This document shows positions 25,175-32,000 of a DNA stretch of 32,000 bases, in pieces; the stretch's first letter is position 1, and each line of letters starts with the position of its first letter. This DNA is from Candidatus Saccharimonadota bacterium (GTDB lineage: Bacteria > Bacteroidota > Bacteroidia > Cytophagales > Amoebophilaceae), in NCBI RefSeq assembly GCF_003351905.1, contig NZ_CP022339.1:570001-602000 (forward strand), written 5' to 3'. The notes beneath the pieces are model-generated. The model worked only from the letters and a program-made list of their open reading frames with translations. It made no database searches and was not told the DNA's origin. Made by a program: the position numbers and the translations under genes.

Positions 25175-26416
25175 TTAACCATTAAGCGCTTGATCTAATA
25201 TAGCATAGATTTCATCTATTGTTTCCTGCTCCAAGTCCACACGTTGCTCAAGGGTAGCTTTAGATAAGGTTAAAACACTTCTAGCTGAGTCTAAACCAAC
25301 CTGATGCAACGCTTCCAAAATCCAAGGTTCAATGGTGTCACTAAACGCAGTAAGCGGAATATCATGCGCCTCTAAATGGCTAGGGATATCCCTATAGACA
25401 TCTATTTCTTTGCCAATCAGCCGACTGGCTAGTTTAATATTTTGCCCTCCTTTACCAATGGCTAGTGCCACTTGGTCGGGATCTAAATAGACCGCTACCC
25501 GCTCACCATTTTGCTCTACCCGGTTGATGCATGCAGGGTTTAGGGTACGCGCAATATATAGCTCTAAGTTATCTGTATAATTAATAATATCAATGTTTTC
25601 ATACTGGAGCTCTTTGGTAATGCCATGTATACGTGAGCCTTTGATGCCTACACAAGCCCCAACGGGGTCAATTCTATCGTCAAAGGTTTCAACCGTTACT
25701 TTAGCACGTGCACCCGGGTCTCTGACAATTTTTCTTATGGCAATAAGTCCATCCTGTATTTCAGGAATTTCATTTTCAAATAACCTTTCTAAGAAAAGAG
25801 GCGACGTCCTAGAAAGTATAACGCGTGGCGTGGCATTATTAAAGGCTACCTTGTAGATCACCGCACGAATATGTTCCCCTTTTTTAAATTGATCTTTAGG
25901 TATTTGTTCTGACTTTGGTAAAAAAAGCTCATTGTTTTCATCATCTAATAAGATGACTTCCTTACTCAAAATTTGATTTACTTCAGCTGAAATCAAACCA
26001 CCCACCAGCTGCTCATATTTATTGTACAGGGCCTCTTTTTCCAGTTCCCGAATCTTTTGTATCAGCATTTGCTTGGCAGTTAGTATCAGCCTTCTACCAA
26101 AATCAGAAATTTTAATTTCTTCAGATAGTTCTTCCCCCAGTTCAAAGTCGGCTTCTATTTTTCTAGCTTCTGAAAGCGATACCTTGTTAGGCGCACCTAC
26201 ATCTGCCGCATCATCAGCTACTACCTCACGGAAGCGCCATATCTGTAAATCCCCTTTATCAAGGTTGATAATGATATCAAAATTGTCACTATTGCCAAAC
26301 TTACTCAGCATGACGGAACGAAACACATCTTCTAAAATACGTATGACGGTGGGTCGATCAATATTTTTAGATTTGGCAAATTCTGCAAATGACTCTACTA
26401 ATTTATTACTATCCAT
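25175..26416 (-). CDS. nusA: Transcription termination/antitermination factor NusA
   Basis: NusA N-domain, S1 (GEHIRAVIYKV), two KH motifs (ACVGIKGSRI, AIGKGGQNIKLAS), and the position upstream of infB. Confidence 0.95.
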   Translation of the reverse strand: MDSNKLVESFAEFAKSKNIDRPTVIRILEDVFRSVMLSKFGNSDNFDIIINLDKGDLQIWRFREVVADDAADVGAPNKVSLSEARKIEADFELGEELSEEIKISDFGRRLILTAKQMLIQKIRELEKEALYNKYEQLVGGLISAEVNQILSKEVILLDDENNELFLPKSEQIPKDQFKKGEHIRAVIYKVAFNNATPRVILSRTSPLFLERLFENEIPEIQDGLIAIRKIVRDPGARAKVTVETFDDRIDPVGACVGIKGSRIHGITKELQYENIDIINYTDNLELYIARTLNPACINRVEQNGERVAVYLDPDQVALAIGKGGQNIKLASRLIGKEIDVYRDIPSHLEAHDIPLTAFSDTIEPWILEALHQVGLDSARSVLTLSKATLEQRVDLEQETIDEIYAILDQALNG

Positions 26417-26724
26417 TGATCACTAAAACAATAAGCACGTACATAAAACATAAATAGGCGTAAAAAGGTAACACAAAGCGCACCCTAAAACAACCTTAAA
26501 ATGATGCTTTTTTAGAATGATTCCAGTTTACACCGGTAAGATTATAATCCTAGCAATATACAAAAAAAATAGCTTTAAAACATCTATCGATGCATCCTTA
26601 TGGCAATGCCCTCCCAAAACAAGCAGCAACCGTGATTTGGAGAAAGAGGTGGTGCGCAAGTAGCTTGAGCAGATGAAAAGGCAAACAGCTGCCCTAGCGC
26701 AACAACCCAGCCCGCAAGGGATAC

Positions 26725-27897
26725 TTAAGATTTAGGATTTTTTTTGTACTTATTATAGCGCATGCCTGCCACGTCTTTTTTTAAAGTTAAGAGTTCTTTA
26801 TCAATTTCCCCTTGACTGATGCTTAATAATATGCCTAGTGCAATACCTGTAAATACAAGTGAAGTGCCTCCCATGCTCACAAATGGTAAAGGCAGGCCTG
26901 TTACAGGGCCAAGGCCTACTGCAATGGCCATATTCAGTAAAGCTTGCAATACCAATAACAGGCTGATACCTGTAGCCAAAAGCCCTCCATAGTAATGCGT
27001 TGCTGTAGGCAGCAGGGCAATTGCCCTATATAGCAACAGCAAATAGAGTACCATAACGCATATACCACCTATAAGGCCATACTCTTCGATTAAGATGGCA
27101 TAGATAAAGTCGGAGTAAGGGTGGGGTAAGAAGTTGCGCTGGGTGCTATTACCAGGTCCTTTACCAGCGAGTCCACCTGTTGCAATAGCAATGTAAGATT
27201 GTTCAGCTTGAAAGGATACATCCCCCTTAAGAAAGCTTGCTATGCGTTTGGCAGCTGTGCCTCCACGTTGTCCCCAGAGCAGTGCGCCTCCTGCCACTAG
27301 GCTACCCGAGCATATGATCATGAGTAGGTATTTAATAGGGACTCTACCGATGAACATCAGTACCAAACAAGTACCGAATAGCAGCATCGCGCTAGAGAAA
27401 TTGGTTAAAGCGATCAAACCGCTAATCAAGCCAGACCAGGCCAACATAGGCAGGCAGGCCGTTCTAAAGCAAGCAATATTTTTTTGTTGTTTGGCCAGCA
27501 TATGGGCCATGCGTATAATCAGGGAAAGTTGTGCCAGGTCAGAGGGTTGGAAGGATTTATTGATCAAAGGAATATGCAGCCAACGGGAGGCTTCGTTTAA
27601 TTTTACGCCATATTGCCAAGTGACCAGTAGGAGCGGAATCGATAGCCAAAGCGCCACCTTAGCCATAGCGGCATAGTAGCGGTAATCAATCCGGTGACTG
27701 AGCCACATAGCGGCTAACCCGGCGCCTATTAAGAGTGTCTGTCTGAGCAAATAGTATTCAGTATTATGGTCCATCTGTCTATAGGCTAAAGAGCTAGAAG
27801 CACTATAGACGGTTAAAATACTCAGGTTAGACAAGACCAATGCAATGCCCCATATGATGGGATCTCCTTTTAGTTTTGCTTGAATCAACTGCTTCAT
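26725..27897 (-). CDS. SEDS-family peptidoglycan glycosyltransferase (FtsW/RodA)
   Basis: About 10 TM segments, with FQPSDLAQLSLII, LPHPYSDFIYAILIEEYGLIGG and PLPFVSMGGTS, the characteristic FtsW/RodA/SpoVE motifs. Confidence 0.85.
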   Translation of the reverse strand: MKQLIQAKLKGDPIIWGIALVLSNLSILTVYSASSSLAYRQMDHNTEYYLLRQTLLIGAGLAAMWLSHRIDYRYYAAMAKVALWLSIPLLLVTWQYGVKLNEASRWLHIPLINKSFQPSDLAQLSLIIRMAHMLAKQQKNIACFRTACLPMLAWSGLISGLIALTNFSSAMLLFGTCLVLMFIGRVPIKYLLMIICSGSLVAGGALLWGQRGGTAAKRIASFLKGDVSFQAEQSYIAIATGGLAGKGPGNSTQRNFLPHPYSDFIYAILIEEYGLIGGICVMVLYLLLLYRAIALLPTATHYYGGLLATGISLLLVLQALLNMAIAVGLGPVTGLPLPFVSMGGTSLVFTGIALGILLSISQGEIDKELLTLKKDVAGMRYNKYKKNPKS

Positions 27898-28443
27898 AGG
27901 TGGTCTATAGGGGCTGATGTCTCAACAGGTATCAGGGAAAAAATAATACGATATGCTAATTTGTTAGCTATAAGTTTATAAAACTTTTACTGGGTACAAA
28001 ATTAGCGCATAAAAAATAAAAAGAAGGTTAATGGGTCAACTATTTTACTAATATATAGACACTATGTGTATTTTTTGACTTTCATAGTCAATTATATAGT
28101 TTTTTATTATCTTCTATTTGCTTATATCTTTTTGAGCAAGTAGTATTACCGTTGACTTGTGAAGATGTTCCGTTTATATGGAAAGATATAACCTTAAGCA
28201 ATATACATAGACCACTCTTAAGTAAGTATTTTGATGTTTGAGCAGGGGTGTTTGGAATTGTATTTGATTTTGCTTACTATTCAAAATCGGTTTAATAGAA
28301 TGTATTGGTTCCATACGTCTAGTTTTTTCCTTATCTAGGGCTCAAGCAGATGGCGCAATAGGCCTATTGATGAGGGTATGTACATTTTGATGCAATACTG
28401 TTTAAGTGGTGATAAGCACCATAGGTTTAACCATCTTAATATT

Positions 28444-29307
28444 ATGAAAAAGTATATGCAATATAGCGTAATCCTGCTTATCGGGCTATTAGGCCTACAG
28501 ACCTTGTCTGCTTGTGTACATACAAGAGCAGCAGTAGGTTGTAGGGGCAGTGTATGCACAGAGCAGGTACTAGACTTGGACATGGAGCGCAGCGGAGATA
28601 GCAGCCAGGTAAAAATTAAAAAACCAAACACTACAGCTTATATGATGCTAGGGTGTCTGTTAGGATGTATAGTAACGGGTTGCTTGATGCTACCGGTTTT
28701 TCATAGTTATTTTGATTATTACGTAGGTTCATCCAATACATTTCAGTTCAATAGAAGCAATCATTGTACTCATGCAACCACCCCTTCACAATTCATATTA
28801 GACGTAACCACTATGTCCAGCATGGTTAACATGACTACGGAAAAGGAACGATTCGTTATAGATGCGATTGGTACGTCAAAATGGAACGCAGTACCTGCAC
28901 GCCCTTTAGATGACCAGGTTATGGATGATCTTATTAGTGAGTTTTCAATAGAAAAGATAGCAGAGTGGCTTGCGAAAGGCTTAGATATAAACGCACCAGA
29001 CGAGAACTTGGGATACACGTTATTGATGCATGCCGTATGGTATAATAGTCGACATATTGTTCAATGCTTAATAGAGAAAGGAGCGGATGTGAATGCACAA
29101 GGTAAGGATGGAGCCACGAGTCTCATGATAGCAGTCAAGCAAGATGATGCGCCTATGGTTTCGTTTTTAATAGAACATGGAGCAGACCCATGTATAGCAG
29201 ATCACCAAGGTAACACAGCGCGGTCCTTAGCCCAAGCTATTGCTAAACATACCCAGTCTAAGACTATAATAGTAATGTTGGATCGAGCACAGCCATGTGT
29301 AGCGTAA
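28444..29307 (+). CDS. Ankyrin-repeat protein with lipoprotein-type signal peptide
   Basis: The start is moved to the ATG at 28444. MKKYMQYSVILLIGLLGLQTLSAC has an L-S-A-C lipobox-like end. A second hydrophobic segment follows. The C-terminus has about 3 ANK repeats (GYTLLMHAVWYNSRHIVQCLIEKGADVNAQ, GKDGATSLMIAVKQDDAPMVSFLIEHGADPCIA, DHQGNTARSLA). Confidence 0.8.
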   Translation: MKKYMQYSVILLIGLLGLQTLSACVHTRAAVGCRGSVCTEQVLDLDMERSGDSSQVKIKKPNTTAYMMLGCLLGCIVTGCLMLPVFHSYFDYYVGSSNTFQFNRSNHCTHATTPSQFILDVTTMSSMVNMTTEKERFVIDAIGTSKWNAVPARPLDDQVMDDLISEFSIEKIAEWLAKGLDINAPDENLGYTLLMHAVWYNSRHIVQCLIEKGADVNAQGKDGATSLMIAVKQDDAPMVSFLIEHGADPCIADHQGNTARSLAQAIAKHTQSKTIIVMLDRAQPCVA

Positions 29308-29318
29308 GATGCATGGCC

Positions 29319-30851
29319 TTATTGCATGTTGGTTGCACTTGACCTGCAAGTTGGGCAATCTACCTTACCTATTAGGTGGTGGTATTTTTTTGCAAGCATA
29401 CGGGCTGCTGCAATCCAAGTGAGGCAAATTAAAAAAAACAGGACCATTAAAAATGGTGCCAGTTGATTTGGCTCGGCAGCTGAAAAGATAGTATAACAGA
29501 TGACTTGTACAACCGCCCCTGCAGACTTCCCTATTTTTCCCCCTAATATATCCACCGCTGCTTTTCCTTTTGTGCTCATCTCTTGGTCTAAAGGAATATA
29601 GGCCATCTCTTTAGTGACATCAAAAAAACAATATTTCGTTCCCTTTGCCAATACATTTTGCAGGCCGCCAATCACTACAATAGCTGTTAAAGTGGATATA
29701 CCCATGATCGTCTTTGATACAAGGTGGTAATCCACTGCAATAATCAGCAGGAAAAAAGCACTACCTACTATAAGGGTGGTAACAGGTGTGATCAGTGCTG
29801 CCCCTAGCCAGTTTAGTTTCCGAATCACTACATGGCCAAAACAAGCACAAGACAATGTGCAAATGCCCGTCCAGAATAATACCCTACCTTGGTAGGTAAT
29901 AAAATGGGTAGGATCTTGCTGGTATAGCTGACAGGTTTCATAAAACCAGAGGCCCTCTATTAAATGCACAACCATAGAGTAAGCAATCATCAATATACAA
30001 ATTAATGAAAGGTATTTAGACCTAGCAATCATTTTAAAACTTTTATATAACCCCAGGTGTAGTCTAGTGGTATGCCTGCCTTGTATCCTTTGGCCGCAGA
30101 TGATATATTGTTCGATATACTTATGTAAAAGCAGCATGCAGAGGCATAGCGTGGCAATAACAATCATGAGTGTGGCTATTTTTGAGGCTGTTGCCACTGT
30201 ATACCTACCTATGAAACGCAATAAAAAGTGATCAGCACGCGAAAAGTAGACCATGATACTGCCAGAGATAAGCAGGTTGGCTTGTCCAATCAAGTTGAAA
30301 AAGAAGTAAAAGCGACCCGCTTCTTCTGTTGTCGTTATTTTGTTAGCCAACTGCCAATACAACAAGGTAAAGACAATCATAGGCCAAAGTTCACCTAACA
30401 TATAGAAGAGTATTAAGGTCCATTTACCCCACATGATAAAAAACCATTTCAGATAGGGGTAAAGCCTAATGTAGGCATCCACCTTACAAGGATCAGGATG
30501 CAAGAGCCCCTGGTAAGGGAATAAAAAAAAGCCGAATAAAAGAAAAAAAAAGAGAAAGAAGACGATAATGCCTCTAAAAATCTTTTCTGTGGTTACCCTA
30601 TTACATAAGACCGTATAGACCACTACAAATAAAATTCCTGCGGGCATTTCAACAAATAGCTTAATAAAGCTCAATACTTCTGCCCCTATTAAGGTGACTA
30701 CTAGACCATCTTTTATGCCACGGATTAAATTTTGATTCAGTAAGATAAGAAACATCAAGATAGCCATAGAAAAAAATTTTTGCAGTGCGTGTCCCTTAAT
30801 AGGCCACTGCATAGGATGCCATTTTTTTAGTAAGGCTGTTACATGTTTCAT
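29319..30851 (-). CDS. tlc: ATP/ADP (nucleotide) translocase, Tlc/NTT family
   Basis: The ORF is 510 aa with 12 TM segments. The N-terminal region KFFSMAILMFLILLNQNLIRGIKDGLVVTLIGAEVLSFIKLFVEMPAGILFVVVY follows the Rickettsia/Chlamydia Tlc signature (F.ILFNY.ILR..KD.LVVT..GAEVI.F.K). Confidence 0.9.
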   Translation of the reverse strand: MKHVTALLKKWHPMQWPIKGHALQKFFSMAILMFLILLNQNLIRGIKDGLVVTLIGAEVLSFIKLFVEMPAGILFVVVYTVLCNRVTTEKIFRGIIVFFLFFFLLFGFFLFPYQGLLHPDPCKVDAYIRLYPYLKWFFIMWGKWTLILFYMLGELWPMIVFTLLYWQLANKITTTEEAGRFYFFFNLIGQANLLISGSIMVYFSRADHFLLRFIGRYTVATASKIATLMIVIATLCLCMLLLHKYIEQYIICGQRIQGRHTTRLHLGLYKSFKMIARSKYLSLICILMIAYSMVVHLIEGLWFYETCQLYQQDPTHFITYQGRVLFWTGICTLSCACFGHVVIRKLNWLGAALITPVTTLIVGSAFFLLIIAVDYHLVSKTIMGISTLTAIVVIGGLQNVLAKGTKYCFFDVTKEMAYIPLDQEMSTKGKAAVDILGGKIGKSAGAVVQVICYTIFSAAEPNQLAPFLMVLFFLICLTWIAAARMLAKKYHHLIGKVDCPTCRSSATNMQ

Positions 30852-30976
30852 AAAGTAAGTTTAAAAATTTCTTAAGGGTTACAATTGGTCCATGGTGTCA
30901 TTCTTACATTAACACCATGTCTTGAACAGTTTAAGTTACTTAGCGCAGTACAAACCGAGTAGGTATATCTTGCCCT

Positions 30977-31735
30977 TTAAGCTTTTCCCAAGAAAAGCAT
31001 GACTAGGCTATGGGCAACAGAGTAGGGAACAATTTGCAAGATGCGCATGGTTAATCCATTAAAGATGGCAAGAAACTTCTTTTCTACTGTAATGTTATGT
31101 TTAAGTCGTCCTATCCAAGTCATAGGCACCTCTGAGCCACAATTTTGTGTGGCGATTAGATCAAATGGCATCGTTAAGGCAGATACAGCGATACCCAATA
31201 CCGTACTAACCATCATATTAATCCACACCCCACTGATATCCTTTGTAAATTCATATGCCAATATAGAAGCGGAGCCACTCAGTATATTCCTTAAAAAGAT
31301 CGGCGTTACAATATCACTCATCCTTTCTTTTCGTTTCATTAAAGCCCCTTTATTAGCAGCAATTTCTTTTGTTTCGCTATATATGGTTACGGCTGTTTCT
31401 ACCATTCCTGCTAAGAAGCACTCCCAGATAACCAGTAACGCAAAATTGCTTATCGCATAATAATCAGTAGAACAAAGGAAAAGCCACTGAGAAACTCCAA
31501 AGGCCAAAGCCGCTATAAACTGTCGAAGTGCATAAATATGTGCGCCGGAAAAAAATAATTTAAAATTTTTAGTACGTATGCACCTGGTCACAATAGAGGC
31601 ATAAGATTCGCCGGTTTCTTGGTAGACTACTTTTACAAACTGAGCAGGTGCCACTAAGTAGGCTACGACCATACAAGCGATACCATGTGCAAGTGGATCA
31701 AAAAAAAAGCGGTATAGCAGTGTGTTGTATTCCAT
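30977..31735 (-). CDS. Short 6-TM protein with mitochondrial-carrier-family-like tripartite motifs
   Basis: The ORF is 252 aa with six hydrophobic helices in three pairs. After the odd helices come PAQFVKVVYQ (aa 30), YSETKEIAAN (aa 119) and PFDLIATQ (aa 190), resembling the P.[DE]..[KR]...Q carrier signature. Each is followed by F.G....LRQ/LR-like segments (LFFSGAHIYALRQ, IFNGLTMRILQIVPY). Confidence 0.45.
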   Translation of the reverse strand: MEYNTLLYRFFFDPLAHGIACMVVAYLVAPAQFVKVVYQETGESYASIVTRCIRTKNFKLFFSGAHIYALRQFIAALAFGVSQWLFLCSTDYYAISNFALLVIWECFLAGMVETAVTIYSETKEIAANKGALMKRKERMSDIVTPIFLRNILSGSASILAYEFTKDISGVWINMMVSTVLGIAVSALTMPFDLIATQNCGSEVPMTWIGRLKHNITVEKKFLAIFNGLTMRILQIVPYSVAHSLVMLFLGKA

Positions 31736-32000
31736 ATTTATAGATGCTTTAGCTTAAAGTTATGTATTGCAGTAGCACTAAGTGTGGCAGAGGTAGAATA
31801 CCTTGCAGCGATACAATCGGGTATGATAACTTTAGCGATTCCGTTTTATGTTAGGTTACGCCTTGGTCCAGAGGGAACCTAATATGGGCAACGGACCTAG
31901 TACTAAGGGCCAAATATAGTCTTTTCAAAGGACTTTTTCAACTAATGATTCACCTTAGTAACTCGTATGTCATCCATGCTATACATCATTGTGCATCTTA

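Noticed and set aside
2227-27676. Numerous antisense or alternative-frame track ORFs inside fabD, fabG, the giant genes, rluD, infB, nusA, the SEDS gene and others (for example 2227-2466, 3331-3555, 4523-4714, 5660-5884, 6281-6595, 15666-15860, 16477-16770, 21041-21877, 22411-24504, 25593-26426, 27242-27676)
   Set aside because: Each is fully embedded in a longer ORF with strong family motifs on the other strand or frame. Their sequences are low-complexity shadow translations.
28335-28631. Reverse-strand 98-aa ORF overlapping the start of the ankyrin gene
   Set aside because: It is antisense to a gene with clear signal-peptide and ANK features and has no motif of its own.
31736-32000. Possible RNA gene or IS end in the last 265 nt
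   Set aside because: I found no tRNA-like T-arm (GTTCGA-type), no long ORF on either strand and no repeat shared with the rest of the window, so there is nothing I can support.
1-32000. CRISPR arrays, tRNA/rRNA genes and toxin-antitoxin or other compact defence cassettes
   Set aside because: No regularly spaced direct repeats, no tRNA-like sequences in the intergenic regions I inspected by eye, and no small two-gene cassettes. All sizeable ORFs are accounted for by housekeeping, mobile-element or membrane-protein calls.

Overview
The window looks like chromosome from a reduced, IS-rich Bacteroidota intracellular symbiont, resembling Amoebophilus or Cardinium. This is an inference from a Bacteroidota-type IF-2 N-terminus and GldJ-like and SPOR genes, together with an ATP/ADP translocase, an ankyrin protein and a carrier-like protein. 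Housekeeping genes are trhO, fabD, fabG, rpmH-rnpA, a SPOR protein, a gldJ-like gene, comF, comEA, rluD, infB-nusA and an ftsW/rodA-type gene. Mobile DNA comprises an IS256-type fragment (1-194), a decayed IS110-type relic (439-1225), and a second IS110-type element (about 11388-14712). The transposase gene of that second element is split at its KTDK.DA motif by a group II intron of about 1.98 kb carrying its own RT/maturase. Its long non-coding left end contains segments matching both flanks of the insertion site, as expected for an IS110 bridge RNA. The most unusual content is a paralogous family of giant polytopic proteins at 4264-7632 and 14889-18491, with a truncated tandem copy at 18788-20218. 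Each fuses a sodium:solute-symporter-like domain, a second TM block, a degenerate histidine-kinase-like module and a RelA/SpoT-type HD domain with substituted catalytic residues. Decayed footprints of the same family are scattered as a dispersed repeat, and the IS110 inserted into one of them. The right end carries a host-exploitation cluster: an ankyrin lipoprotein, a Tlc/NTT nucleotide translocase, and a short 6-TM protein with mitochondrial-carrier-like threefold motifs. All calls come from reading the sequence and translations by eye. No searches were run.
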